Below, in pieces: positions 41,591 through 56,399 of a stretch of 64,000 nt of DNA. The stretch's first letter is position 1, and each line of letters begins with the position of its first letter. The notes below the pieces were generated by a model, which saw only the letters and a list, made by a program, of their open reading frames with translations, was not told where the DNA came from and searched no databases. The stretch comes from the human T2T-CHM13v2.0 reference genome, Homo sapiens. The stretch lies in NCBI RefSeq assembly GCF_009914755.1, contig NC_060929.1; one strand, 5' to 3'. The translations under genes were made by a program, and so were the position numbers.

Positions 41591-43332
41591 AAAGATGAAA
41601 TTCTAAAACATATTGAAGGAACCTGTAAGAAAAAAGAAACAGGTAAGTGACAACCAGTAAAACAATTGAAAAACAAAGTAACAGGGTTAAACACTAACAT
41701 ATCAATAATTATTTTAAATATAAATTCCATAAATTCCCAAATCAAAAGGTAGAGGTTGAAATAGTGGATAAAAAACTCGGCCAACTACATAGTGCTGAAA
41801 ATAATTTAAAATTTAGTGACAAAAGTAGATTACAAATAATAGGATGAAAAAAGATATACTATGCAAATATTAACTTCAAAAAGAAGAAGTGGTTATCATA
41901 ATATTAGCTAAAATAGGTTTCAGATCATAGAAAATTGCTACAGACCAAAAGAGATACTACATAATGTTAACAGAAAGCCTACAAAGTCATAATAATCCTA
42001 AATGTATATGTACCAAATAGCAGTGTCTCCGATTACATGAAGTGCAAACTGATACAACTGAAAGAAGAACAGGGCACATCCACAATCATAGTTGTGGAGT
42101 TTTACATCAAGTGGTAGAACTACTAAACAAAATATCAGCATGTTTACAGAAGAACTGAACATCAACTAACTGCATATAATTCATATTTTAAAAATACCTA
42201 ACCCCACAACAGCAAAATATATGTTTTCCCTATGGAATATTTACTAAGACCATATCTTGGGCCATAAAGAAAACCTTAAGAAGTTTTCAAAATTGAAATA
42301 ATACAGTGTTTTCTCTGACCATAATGGATTAAAGCTAGAAATCAATAACAGAAGTACAACAACAAAAACTTCTAAACAAGTATAAATGAAACAAAACATT
42401 TTTCAGCCATTTATTGGTAAAAGAGGGAGCAATAAAAAAGAAATAAAGTGTACATATAATGGAGTGATTTAAAAGATGTTCAAATATTTTGATGCAGGTA
42501 GTGTGATAACAAGAGCAAAATTAGTAGTAGTAAATGCTTACATTATAATTAAGAAAAGATCTCAAATGAGTAACTGAAGATCGTACCTCAATGAACTAAA
42601 AAGTAAGAGTAAAAAATACAAAGCAGGCAGAAGGAATCAAATAACAATAATAGGAACATAAATCAATGAACTGAAAATAAAAAAAAACAGAAAATTATTA
42701 AAGCTAAGAGCTGAAACTTTGAAAGAGTATCGATAAACTTAATAAAACTCTAGTAAGGCAGGCAATAAACAAGAAAAGAGAGAAAGACAAAATACCAATC
42801 ACCAATATCAAGATTGAAATAAGCGATAATGCTACAAATCTTGAAGCCATCAAAAAGAAACACATTAATGCTATGAACAACTTTTTATTCATTTGGCAAC
42901 TCAGAAGTTATCATTCTTAGAGAATATCTAATAGAGTCTTAGAAAATTACAAACTACCAAAGAAAATCAAGATAAAATAGACAACCTGAATAGTCTTATA
43001 TCTATAACAAAATTGAATTGACAACTTAAGAAAAATATTTCTAGACCCAGAAGAAGTTACAGAGAATTCTACCAAATATTTAAAGAATAATTAATATCAA
43101 TTTTATATAATCTATTCTAGAAAAATAGAAAAAGAGGAAACACTTCTTACTTCATTTTACAAAATCCATGTTACCCTGACACCAAAAAAAAAAAATACAG
43201 AACAGAAAAGAAAATGACAGTTCAATATCTCTCATAAATTTAGATGCAACATTTTCTAAAAATGAGTAAATCTAATAATAAAATGTATAAAAAGAATTTT
43301 ACACTGTTACCAAATTAAAATTTTTACAGGAA

Positions 43333-44385
43333 TTTATTTTTTATTATACTTTAAGTTCTGGGATACACGTGCAGAATGGGCAGGTTTGTTACACAGTATT
43401 CACGTGCCATGGTGTTTTGCTGCATCCATCAACCCATCATCTACGTTAGGTATTTCTCCTAATGCTATCTCTCCCCTAGCCCCCCACCCCCCGACAGGTC
43501 CCGGTGTGTGATGTTCCCCTCCCTGTGTCCATGTATTCTCATTGTTCAACTCCTACTTATGAGTGAGAACATGCAGTGTTTGGTTTTCTGTTCCTGTGTT
43601 AGTTTGCTGAGTGATGGTTTCCAGCTTCATCCATGTCCCTGCAAAGGATAAAAGGACATGAACTCATCCTTTTTTATGGCTGCATAGTATTCTGTGGTGT
43701 ACATGTGTCACATTTTCTTTATCCAGTCTATCATTGATGGGCATTTTGGTTGGCTCCAAGTCTGCTATTGTGAATAGTGCTGCAATAAACATATGTGTGC
43801 ATGTGTCTTTATAAGAGAATGACTTATAATCCTTTGGGTATATCCCTAGTAATGGGATTGCTGGGTCAAATGGTAATTCTAATTCTAGATACTTCAGGAA
43901 TTGCCACACTGTCTTCCACAATGGTTGAACTAATTTACACTCCCACCAACAGTGTGAAAGTGTTCCTATTTCTCCACATCCTCTCCAGCATCTGTTGTTT
44001 CCTGACTTTTTAATGATTACCATTCTAACTGGCATGAGATGGTAGCTCATTGTGGTTTTGATTTGCATTTCTCTAATGACTACTGATGATGAGCTTTTTT
44101 CATATTTTGTTGGCCACATAGATTTCTTCTTTTGAGAAGTGTCTGTTCATATCCTTTGCCCACTTTTTGATTTTTTTTCTTATAAATTTGTTTAAGTTCC
44201 TTGTGGAATATGGATATTAGCTCTTTTTCAGATGGATAGATTGCAAAAAACTTCTCCGATTCTGTAGGTTGCTTGTTCACTCTGATGATAATTTATTTTG
44301 CTGTGCAGAAGCTCTTTAGTTTAATTAGGTCTCATTTGTCAATTTTCGCTTTTGTTGCCTTTGCTTTTGGTGTTTTAGTCATGAA
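43333..44385 (-). mobile_element. L1PA7-like 5'-truncated copy
   Basis: ttattatactttaagttctggg 3' end; ORF 43664-44119 matches the ORF2 C-terminus; gaattta repeated at both junctions. Confidence 0.9.
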
Positions 44386-44529
44386 TTTAAATCTAATTCA
44401 CCATTCGAAAACTAATGAATGCCATCAACCATATCAACAGGCTAGATAAGACAAATTATATGAGCATATCAATTGATGCAGAAAACACAGTTGACAAAAA
44501 TTTTACATCAACTCATGATTCAGAAAATA

Positions 44530-47500
44530 ATGAGACCTCAAAAAGGAACTATCAAAGCTTAATAATGGGCTCTAACTATGGAATATCTACAAAATGACAA
44601 AGAATTCAGAATAATCCTCTCAAAGGAGTTCAGTGAACTACAAAAAATATATTAAAAAGATACAACAAAAATAGATGTTTGACAAAGAAATAGAAACAAC
44701 TTTAAAAACCAAATAGAAATCCTAGAGATAAATAATAAAATGATGGAACTTAAAAATGTAATAGAAAGCTTCAACAGTAAGCTCAATTAAGCTGAAGAAA
44801 GAATCAATAAATCAAAAGGCAAAATATTTGGAATTATTTAATCTGAGGACAAAAAGAAGAATTAAAAAGTCTAAGGAAATTATGGAACAGTATTAATAAA
44901 CACAACCTACATATAATAGGAATTTAAGAAAGAGTAAAATGAAAGTAGCCAGACAGAATATTTAAAGAAATAGTGGCTGAAAACTTTCCTAATTTGAGAG
45001 AATATGCCAATATCTAAGTAAAGGAAATGTAAAGGTGTCCAGTCAAAATCAACCCAGAGAGGAATTCACCAAGCCACATAATAATTGAATTATCGAAAAA
45101 TCTAAGACAAAGAAAATATTTATAAAGCAAATAAAGTTAAGAAACATATCACATAAGAAGAGGTTTCAATATGACTATCAGCGCATTTTTTAGCAGAAAT
45201 ATTGCTGTTTAGAAGAAAGCAGAATGACATGTTTAAAGTGCTGAAGAGAAAAACAAAAACGAACTGCCAAATACTTTAACTAGCAAAGTTGTCTTCTGAA
45301 ATGAGAAAGAAAAACTTTCCCAAAGAAACAGAAGATAAGCAAGTTCATCATTCCTAGGTCTGCCTTACAGCAGTTACTAAAGGGAGTTCATTAAGCTGAA
45401 ACAAAAGATAGCTAATTAATAACGTAAAAAATACAAATGCATAAAATTTAAACTTATAGGTAATACAGAGGTATAAATAAGTTAGGGCTGTTTGTGTAAA
45501 GGAATTCTATCCCTACTTTGAGGATTAGAAGATAACTATAGCTAAAATAAATTATCGAGACACATATTACAAAATAATGTAAATTCTGACATCAAACACA
45601 TGTTGTGGAGGGTAGAATAAAAGTCTGGAGTTGTATACAAAATTAAGTTGTTATCACCTGAAATAGACTGTAATAAGTATAAGACTTACATATGTTTTAT
45701 AATAATCACAAAGGAAAAATCTATAATAGATACACTAAACAAAAATAGAAAGGATTCAAACATACCACTACAGAAAACCATCAGACCACAAAGGAAGGCA
45801 GTAAGATAGAAAAAAACATAACAATAATCTAAAAACCAAAGCAAAACAAACAAACCAAACCCAGAAAACAATAAACAAGATGACAGTAGTAGGTCCTGTA
45901 AATGAAATAATTCCTGTAAATAAAATGGATTAAATTATTCATAGAAAAGACTGTACAATAATTCCTGTAAATGAAAACGGATTAAATTATCCATAGAAAA
46001 GACTGAGTGAATGCATGGATTACAAAAAAAATACTCAATGGTATGCTGCCTATAAAAGCCTCATCTCACCTTTAAAAGCAAATATAAATGAAGAGATAGT
46101 AAAAGATGCTTCATGCAAATAGAAATGGAAAAAAGCCAAGGTACCTATATGTATATCAGACTAAATAGATTTTAGGTCAAAAACTATAAAAATGTAAAAA
46201 GAGACAAAGAAGGACATTATATAGTCATAAAAGGGTAAATTTATGAAGTGAATATAATAATTGTAAATATATGGGTCCACAAATGGAGCACCTAAATATA
46301 TAAAATAAATATTAAAGAATCTGAAAAGAATGATGCAATACAAGAATAGGAACTTTAGTGCCTCACTTTTAGCAGTGGACAGATTATCTAGACCGAAAAT
46401 TAATAAAGAAATATTGGATTTGAAAAACACCTTAGATCACAAACAAACAATTTCATTCAATGGCAAATGAATACAAATTATTCTCAAGCACATCCAGAAA
46501 ATTCTCCAGAATAGATCAATGTTAGGCTATAAAACACAGCTTATAAAATCCAAGAAGACTGACATTATATCAAGTTTTTTTTTTTTCTGACCACAATGGT
46601 ATGAATCTAAAGATCAATGACAAAAGAAAGTTTGGAAAATTCAAACGTATGTGGAAATTAAGCATGTCTCTGAACATCCAATGGATTAATGAATAAATTA
46701 AAAGAGAAAGAAAGTAAAAATACATCTTTCAACAACAAAAAAAGTAGAAACGCAACATACCGAAACTTGTGGGATGCCACAAAAACAATTCTAAGAGGAA
46801 ATTTTAGAGCAATAAACCTCTAAGCCCAATAACAGCAGAAGAAACAAAATGATAGAAATCAGGGTAGCAATGAATGAAATAGAGACTATAAATAATACAA
46901 AATATCAAAGAAAGTAAGAATTGCTTGCTGAAAACATAAACAAAATGGACACACCTTGAGCTAGACTGACTAAAAAAATAAAGAGAATAACTGATTTTCC
47001 ACAAAGATGCTGAGTTACACACATTGGGCAAAGGAGAGTTTCTTTAACAAATGGTACTGGAAAAACTAGGTACCCCTCAACAGAAGAATGAAATTGGGCC
47101 CTATCTCACAATATTTATAAAAAGTAAACTAAAAACTGATTAAATGCTTAAACACAGGATCTGAATCTGTAAGAGACCGCTGGAAGAAAATAGAAGAGGA
47201 GAAACTATAAGACACTGGTCTGAGTGATGATTTTTTAAAAAATTTGACTCCTCACATGTAGGAAACAAAATTAAAAATTGACAAATGAGATTACATCAAT
47301 GTAAAAAGCTTCTAAACATCAAAGAAAATTATTGGCAGAGGGAAGAGACAAGCTATGAATTGGCATAAAATATTTCTATGTCATACATCTGTTAATATCA
47401 AAACTATGTAAGAAACTCAAACAACTCTAAGCAAGAAAAAACTCTTCAATTAAAAAATGGGCAAGGAACCTGAATAGAAATGTATTAAAAGAAGTCATAC

Positions 47501-48695
47501 AAATGGCCAACAGATATATAAAGAAGTGCTCAACATTATCAATAATTAGAGAAATGCAAATCAAAACTGCAATGAGCCTTTGTGTCCTATTAGCTTAGCT
47601 CCCATGTATAAGTGAGAAAATATGGTATTTGGGTTTTTATTTCTGTTACTTTACTGAGAATATTGGTCTCCAACTCCATCTAGGTTGCATAAATGCCATT
47701 ATTTTGTTACATTTTATGACTCAGCAGTATTCCTTCGTGTATATATACCACATTTTCTTTATCTACTTGTTAGTTGATGAGCATTTAGGCTGGTTCCATA
47801 TTTTTGCAATTGCGAATTGTGCTGCTATAAATATGTGTCTGCATGTATCTTTTTCATATAATGACTTATTTTCCTCTGAGTAGATACTTATTAATGGGAT
47901 TGCTGGATCAAAAATTCTACTTTTAGTTCTTTAAGGAATCTCCATATTGATTACTATAGTGATTGTACTAGTTCACATTCCCACCAGCAGTGTAAAAGTG
48001 TTCTCTTTTCACCACGTCCATGACAACATCCATTATTTTTTTGATTTTTTAATTATGCTCACTCTTGCAGGAGTAAGGTGGTATCTCATTGTGGCTTTAG
48101 TTGGCATATTCCCAATAATTAATGATGTTGAGCATTTTTTTATATGTTTGTTAGCCACTTGTATATCTTCTTCTGAGAATTGTCTATACTTAGCCGACTT
48201 TTTGATGGGATTATTGTTTTTTTTTCTGATTTGTCTGAATTCCTAGCAGATTCTGGATATAAGTTTTTGCTAAGATGCATAGTTTGTGAATATTCTCTCC
48301 CATTCTGTGGGTTGTCTGTCTACTCTGATGGTTGTTTTACTGCACAGAAGCTTTTTAGTTTAATTAGGTCTCATCTATTTATTTTTGTTTTATTGCATTT
48401 GCTTTTGAGTCTTTGGTCATGAACTCTTTGCCTAAGCCAACATCTAGAAGAGTTTTACTGATGTTGTCTTCTAGAATTTTTATGGTTTCAGGTCTTAGAT
48501 TTAAGTAATGTACATCTTGAAATCTGTAAGAGACTAAATTTTAAATGTTCTCACAACAGAACAATAAGTATTTGAAGTGATCAATATGTTAATTAGCTTG
48601 ATTTAATTATCTCATATTGTATTCGTACATCATAACACCACTTTTACTTCATAAATATCTACAAGTATAATTTGTCAATTTATAATTAAAAATAG
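44530..48695 (+). mobile_element. L1MA-like element with internal deletions (ORF1, partial ORF2, L1MA8/9-type 3' end)
   Basis: ORF1/ORF2 relic motifs; 3' end gttaattagcttgatttaatt...tataatttgtcaatt. Confidence 0.65.
47578..48505 (-). mobile_element. L1 (L1PB/L1MA-like) ORF2 3' fragment in opposite orientation
   Basis: gcttagctcccatgtataagtgagaa...cagaagctttttagtttaattaggtc...tcaggtcttagatttaagt. Confidence 0.75.
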
Positions 48696-48889
48696 TCGTA
48701 AATATAATAAATTTGAATTAAGTTAAATAAAGGAAAGTTCCAAGGCTACTCAATATAAAGTGGTTTATATCTTCTAAAATCATATAATCTTCAAGTAATA
48801 TCATATAAATATTATTTTCTATAAAATGCTAAAATAAATACTGTAATATTTTTAAACTATTAAATAATATGTAACCCACCCCAACCTCA

Positions 48890-51250
48890 GCAATCTAGAA
48901 ATAGAGAATTACCATAAACTGATACAGAACATCTATAAAAATCCTCAAGCCTACATCATATTTAGGAGTAAAGAGCTGAATGTTTTCCTCCGCGCAAAGT
49001 TGGCCTGTTTCTTATTCAGCTACTCTTATTCAACAGTATTGAGAATTTTAGCCACTTCAATGAGGCAAGAAGAAAAAAAAAAATAGCCTATTCATTAGAA
49101 AGGCAGACATATCGTTATCTTTATTTATAGATGTTATGGATTGTCTATATAGAAAACTATATAAAATTTAGGTTAAAAAATAGCTCCTAGACCTAAGTAA
49201 GATCAGCAAAGTCTTAGGATACAAGATAAATCCACAAAAATCAATCACAGTTAACTAACATTTAAGGAAATTAAATTTTAAACAAACATTGGTTGCAATA
49301 ACAAAATAAAATGTGACTCATTTATATACTTAAAAAAACATGAAATTTATAAAATGCATATTAAAAGATCAGAAAACAAAATAAATGCAGAGATCTACCA
49401 TTTTCATAGATTGGAATCATCAGCACATTAAATACACTAATTCATCCCAAATTGATGCAGAGGTCACACCTTATATAAAAATTATCTCAAAATTGACCAT
49501 GGCCTTAAATTAAACAAACAAAGAAACAAATAAAAATGATTAAACTTTTGGTGAAAAAATGAGGAACACATCAGAATATAAGGCTAGGCAAATAATTTTT
49601 AGACTTAATTTCAAAAACACAATCTATTAAAGGAAAAATTGATAAATCAGATTGATGTGGTTTGGATTTGTGTCCCCACCCAAATATCATGTCAAGTTGT
49701 AATCCCTAATGTTGAAACAGGGGCCTGGTGGGAGGTGATTGAATCATGGGGGCAGATTTCTCCCATGCTCTTCTCATGATAGTGAGTGAGTGCTCATGAG
49801 ATCTGGTTATTTAAATGCGTGTAGCACCTCCACTTTTCTCTCTCTTCCTCCTGCTTCGGCCATGGAAGACCTGCCTGCCTCCCCTTCACTTTCTGTCACG
49901 ATTGAAATTTTTCTGAGACCTCGCCAGCCATGCTGCCTGTACAGCCTGCAGAAACGTGAGCCAATTAAATCTCTTTTCTTTATAAATTCTTAGATATTTT
50001 TCTATAGCAGTGCCAGAATGAACTCATACACAGATCTTTCCAGAGTTAAAAATAGTTCTTTGAAAATTCATGGAAATAGGATTAAGAAGACAAGTTACAG
50101 ACTTAGAGAATACATTTTTGATCCACATACTGACACAAGACTAGTATTTAGAATATACAAGAACTCTCAAAACTCAACAACAAGGTAAAATTTAATTAGA
50201 AAATTGACAGAAGATACAAACAGATATTTCACCAAAGACTATATATACAGGTTGCAAATTAACTTATGAAAACATGTTTAAAATAATTAACCATTAAAAA
50301 ATGTAAATTAAACACAATTTGATGCCACTAAACAGAATGGTTAAATTAAAAGATATATCATGACAGAACAAAACTCTACAAGGTTGTGAAGAAACTGAGT
50401 CATTCAGACATTGCTGGTGGAAATATACAATGATGTAGCCTCTATGAAAACAGTTTGGCAGTTTCTTACGAGGGTAAAGGTGCAATATCCCCGTGACAAC
50501 AATTGCACTTCAGGGTATTTATCACAAATATATTAAAACTTAAATTCACCCAAAAATCGGCATGTGAATGTACAAATCAGCATTACTTGTAATAGCCCAA
50601 AACTGGAGAAAGGTAAAATATTTCTCAAAGATGAAAAATTAATGAACTCTGATACATATATACCATGGGACATTATTCAGTTTGTAAAGAGGGAATAAAC
50701 AATTGATACCTGAAAAAACTTGGATGAATTTCCAGGTATTTATTTGAGTCCCTGCATTCATTAACATTCATTCATGCTGAATGAGAGAAGTCAACTTCAA
50801 AAAACATACACTATATAGGTCCATTTTTGCGGTACTTTTGAAATACCAATATTTGAGAAATAAAGAAGAGATTAGTCGCTTGCCAGGAGTTAGAGATGAA
50901 GGCCTAGAGCAAAGTGAGGATGGTTATAAAACAACAGCAAGAGCACCTTGTGGTGCTTGAACTTTTCACTATCTTGACTGTGGTGGTACACGCATGAACT
51001 TACTCAAGTTATAAGATTGTACAGAGCATACACATACACACACACATGCACATACACACACATAATTGCATAAGTACAAGTAAAACTGGAAATTTTAAAT
51101 AAGGAAAATATAGTGTATCAATGTCAATATCCTCATTTTGATATTACACTATGATTTTGTAAAATGCTATTACTGGGGAAAATTGGGCAACTTGCAAAAG
51201 AGATTATTTGAACTAACAATATTTAGAGACAAACTGGGTAAAAAGTGTAG
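48890..51250 (+). mobile_element. L1MC1/2-like ORF2 end and 3'UTR, interrupted by an MST LTR
   Basis: cttgactgtggtggtacacgcatgaact...(CA)n...gtatcaatgtcaatatcctc. Confidence 0.65.
49653..50030 (+). mobile_element. MSTA/MSTB MaLR solo LTR
   Basis: tgatgtggtttgg...gaactcataca with perfect 5-bp TSD CAGAT. Confidence 0.9.
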
Positions 51251-52007
51251 AGTTTCATTTTCAGGCATATATAAAGCAACCTTCTTCTCCCAGAAATATC
51301 ATTAGTTCTTTTTATAATCACAAGAGTAGATTCAAATATCAAAATTGTTTAAAATAGTACTCACACATGCATATGTGTACAAAATTTGTACCATATTTAA
51401 CACTAGTAGCACAATATAAATACTCTTTATATCTTAACATTTTTATTTAAATGTTTTATGTTTATATTCCATTAATATATGAAGAATTTCCTTATTATTT
51501 TAGATGTCTGCATAATATTCTATCTCATGGCTATTCCACAATTTATTTAGCTATATTTTTGTTTAATATTTTTCTCTTAAAAATGCTTCAGCAAATGACC
51601 TTGTGTAATTTATTTTATGCTTACATCAAGTGTGTCTGGAATACAAATTTTTAGAAATAAGATGGCTTCATTGAAAGATACGTGCTTATATAGTTTGCTT
51701 AAGTATAGCTATAGTATGCTTAGAAGTTGGATCAGTCTATACTATCACCAAATATACATGAATGCTTTCATTTTTCTAATATTTTTGCCAAAACAATGTG
51801 AAATTAAACTTTCTTATGTTTGCAAATCTAACAGGAGAGAAAAATGGGGTCTAGTTATATAAACAACTCTGTATGGCTTGTGGTTGGGTATTAGCTAGCT
51901 TTGTTTATTTGTTTCTTTGCTTTTTTTAAAATTTAGTGGTCCTTAATGATTCTTCCAACTAACAATGGATTGGCAATTCAAGTATCATTATGAAAATCCT
52001 TGTAACT

Positions 52008-52412
52008 TGATATGGTTTGGATCTGTGTTCCCACACAAATCCCATGCTGAAATGTAATCCCTAGTGTGGGAGGTGAGGCCTGGTGGAGGTGATTGGATTA
52101 TAGGGACAGTGTCTAATGGATGGTTTAGCACCACCCTCCCAGTGCTATTCTCATGATAAGAGTTCTCAGAAGGTCTCATTGTTTAACAGATTATGGCACC
52201 TCACTCCATCCTCTTCCTGCTGCTCTAGCCATGTGATGTGCCAGTTTCACTTCCTGCCATGATTGTAAGTTTCCTTAGGCCTCCCAAGAAGTGCAGCAGA
52301 AGCCAGTATGCTTCCTGTACAGCCTGCAGAACCATAGCCAATTAATCCTCTTTTCTGTGTAAATTACCCAGTCTCAGGTATTGCTTTATAGCACTGCAAG
52401 ATCTGATATGTA
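52008..52412 (+). mobile_element. MSTA/MSTB MaLR solo LTR
   Basis: tgatatggtttggatctgtgttccc...cagcctgcagaacc...aattacccagtctcaggtattgctttatagca. Confidence 0.88.
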
Positions 52413-55400
52413 AGTTGTTTAAATATAGGAGTAAAGAGTTTATATAATATTCTTATAAGAAGTTCAAAAATTTACAGTCTGCAGATCAACAACGGAATAA
52501 TAAATCATATTTGTCAATATAAATAGTGATCCATCTGTAAAAACTAATATTTCTTTCTCTGGATAGAACGAAATTGTTAATATGAATCTTTATTTTCTAT
52601 TATTATGATTCTATTTATCTATATTTTTTAAAATGTGGGCTAGACTCCAACTAGTTTTAGAGTTTAGTCTTTAGAATGCACCATTTCTATGTACATTTCT
52701 TTACTAAATACTCTGAAAAGAGAGTAGGCTTACACCTATGTAAATAATTTGGCATTTATATAAATTTGGAGATTTATTTCAATTTTTAAATTATTAAAAA
52801 TTTTAAGAGGACAATAAGGAAAATTATTTGGAGCTTTTGCCAACACTTAGAGGTGAAGATACTAGCATTAATAACTAAGGGTTGAAAGGCAACACAATGA
52901 AATGATAATCATGACAATAACTATATTTGAAATTTCTTGATTATTTGTAATCTAAAGAAATCATTTGCCTTTTACAATATACTGTCCTATAAACTGCTAT
53001 AACGTGGCAGTCAATATTTTAGTGGAGAGTGAATACTACGGAGTAGCATCACATCACTGTATGTCACCATGGATAAGATACATTGCAAATCTAATTGGCT
53101 ATGTCACTAACATCATCTGTTCTACTTGTTTCCAGAGAATTTATTTGTGACCACTTTTACCTAATAGACAGTCTGTTTACTTATGAAGAAAACATGTGAA
53201 AAAAAGTAAATGCCACAAAATGTTGGAAATATGTCTTGTACTCTTGTCTCCATGTGGGTTAAGAAATGTCTATATGCTTGACAAAAATTTGCAACCAACA
53301 TGAAAAAAAAGTCTTTCAGTCAACTGGTGAGTTGACTATATTCTTTCTCATCCATATAGCAACTAAACTAGGTGTAGGACCACAGGAAGACATACTTTCT
53401 TTGATAGTCAGCACTGATTTAAGGTAGAATACATTTTTAATGGACTAGTATAATTTGTCTTTAAAACATTTCACTAACAACCTAAAAAACTTTTACTTTT
53501 AGTGTAAGCAACTGAGAGTAAATACGGTTAATAGAACAATAGTTATAAAAACAAATTTTGCAAGTAGACTATGCTTTGATGTACACTGAAACATTTACAT
53601 AGTTTTATCTTTACTGAAACAATTTTATGTACTATTATTAAACAAGAAAATTTAGCATAACATTTACAATTTATCTCAGTTTTATTTAAACTAAGTGTTG
53701 AGAAATCAATACATTTATATGAAGAGAAGAAAACGTAGGTTTTAAATTGATTTTGACTAATACACACACACACAAACACACACACATACAACCCATGTAT
53801 GTTAATATAATTATTCATTTTTTTATAGCATGACAAATTTTAAATGTAATAGTCTAAAATTTAATATTGGGAATTTGCTCAGTAGTAGTAGAAATGAGGA
53901 TCACATGTGAAAATTGACAATCAGTGTTAATCATTTAAAGCTCAAAACTATTTGAAAAGTATGTTCAAAACTTGGCTAGACTATTTTAATTATTTCAATG
54001 AGAGTTTCTTAAGCACTTGACAAAGATCATGTACTTCTTGTTAAAGTCTTTAGCTCCAACACCTTAAGCAATGTCAGAATGCCAGAAGTCAGAAGAAAAA
54101 TACAAGTCTATACATTTATGAGATAAAAGTCTGGCAAAAGACAATATGCAAATGCTGCACAGAGGCTATAAAGAATTTGAAATTGCCCCCCCACCTTTCT
54201 CATACATCTCTTTCTTTAGCACCTCTCCCTAACTTACCAAAGGCCTGATCCTCTCTTACATTCAGAAGATTTTTCAGTGGGAGCCTAATTATGAAAACCC
54301 ACTGAGATTATCAAGATTCCATTTGCACTCCCTGCCTCCTCTTTGTTTCAACGCAAAGTAACTCTCAATTCTAAATGTTGCAATTCTGAATCGGTGAAAT
54401 CACTTTTTGAGAGATCCAAACAAATTAGACCCGGGAGAACATGAGGCAAGAGGGCTCACACATATATGCCTAAGATAAAGACTGTCTCAAGGACTTTCTA
54501 AAACAATCCCATGATAATTTTGTTCTTAAATTCAGAGAAAATGGATATATGGCTTGCAATAGTTATACATTTTAGGTTATAATTATCGTTTGTAATTCCC
54601 AAGTAAATTCAACGTATTTGGAAATTTTTGTGTGTGACTTTTTTGGCTGACATGCCTTGGGTTAAATGACTTGGGGCTATCTCTGATTGGACTGCCTCTT
54701 CTACACCGTAAATATGAGTAATTAAATAAGTTTTCCATATGCTGTAAATGCTGAGACATCCCTCTGTTACAAAAGAGAGAAGAACCTAGGTTTCCCATTC
54801 CACATGATAGTATCATTTTGCATATAAACTTTATCACTCAAAAGGTACTCTGGTCATCTTCAAAAATAAATTTAAATCTCCAAAATAAAAATCTGTTATT
54901 TTTAGATGCATATATGCTACTGATAGAGATGTCTTTCAGAATGTTTAGTAAAAATGAAGACTTCTGAGCCTCACTTTAGAACCACAGAATTGGAATCTCT
55001 GAGACTGTGTAGCAGAGACATTATTAGCATATTATTAACAATCAATCTGAGTGATTTATTTGAAGATTACTGATTTGGAGTAGAGTCTCCCAAAATGTGG
55101 AAACTCAAGTTTAAAATAGGTTATACAGGACAAGCATTGATTTTACTAGTTTTGAATATTAATAACATTAATTATAGGAAACAACTAATGCATTCATTTT
55201 ATTTGGCAGAAGTGTTCTAAATGTTTTACATATTTTGTAACAAAGAAAATGTAACCTCAGATCTCTGATTGTGAGGAGTGTAATTAACTAATGATCTCAG
55301 ATATTGCATTCCATAATTAATTATCACAAATATGAAAAGCTTCACTTCTACAGGCTTCTCCCAGGCAATGACTGATGGTGGCAAGAATAGTAAAGTAGGT

Positions 55401-56399
55401 CTAGAGAGATGCAGGACACCTCTAATGAGTGAACTGGGCTTTAGCACTCCCCGTTTACATTGCGAAAACATTCTTAGTACCAATAGTCTAAAATATTTCC
55501 TACCAATATGTTCCACCTTTCTTCTCTCCTTCAAAAATCTTAGACTTACATTGAAGTCTGACAACATTCCTAGGATTTTTGGCTCTCTCTCCATTTTTTT
55601 CTTGCACATATAATACCTTTTTGGCATTAACTTCTTGGAGAACCCAATTAATTTTATTCTAAAATATGCTGATGAAAAAAGATGCCATAGTATCTCTATT
55701 TTATAGACTAGATATCTACTACTACTACAAAAAGAAAACTTATTCAAAGTTAAAGATTTAGTAATTGGGAGAGAAGATATTCAAACTTAAATTATTTAGC
55801 TTTGAACTTTATGCCCTTAAAGAATATGGTACATTACAATAACTATTTGTCAGTTAAAATTAAGAAAAATAAAATAAAAAAGAATATGCTATACTATATT
55901 GTTTTGGTGAATATTAAAATATGAAATAACTATGTAATATGACTGAATTTAAATTTTAGCAATGACATAATATTTTCTTTTAAAATAATTATTTAAGGAA
56001 ATTAATAAAGAAAAAATAGCTAGTGGCTAATTATACAGGCATATTTGATGGATATGAAAACAATTGTGAAGAGCCCATAAATGATTGTGTTTTGAAAATT
56101 AGACTTTGGAAGATAAATATATATATTTTAATACTAACGAATATTTTATGGAGTTATACTTCTATTAATGACAGAGTAACTTGTATATGATAATTATAAA
56201 ATATTTAAAAAGTGATTTAAAGCATTGGAGAGTAACTCAATTGGGCAAATTATAAAGGGGATTCAATACTTGGAAGGGAAAAACAGCACTGGGATTTTTA
56301 TCTGACAGCAAGCCCAAATCAATGTTTCAAGTATTATCTAGAACAACAACAAAAAATTAGTCTAACTGGCATGAAGTATCATAACTCAGAATTCAGGGA

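Larger units (their letters stand above)
40300..44520 (+). mobile_element. Ancient L1M (MC-class) ORF1/ORF2 relic, interrupted by the AT tract and an L1PA
   Basis: Decayed ORF1 and ORF2 motifs (ttctctgaccataatggattaaagctagaaatc, tcaattgatgcagaaaa). Confidence 0.7.

Noticed and set aside
47578-48505. Twin-priming inversion of the surrounding L1
   Set aside because: The inverted piece overlaps the same L1 region already present on the + strand (about 47.2-47.6 kb) and looks like a different subfamily; more likely an independent insertion
55226-55747. 173-aa minus-strand ORF
   Set aside because: Non-ATG start, low-information composition, probably overlaps a decayed LTR; no domain recognised
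52420-56380. Possible exons of a host gene or lncRNA in unassigned AT-rich DNA
   Set aside because: No CpG island, convincing exon or coding signal visible; cannot be excluded without transcript data
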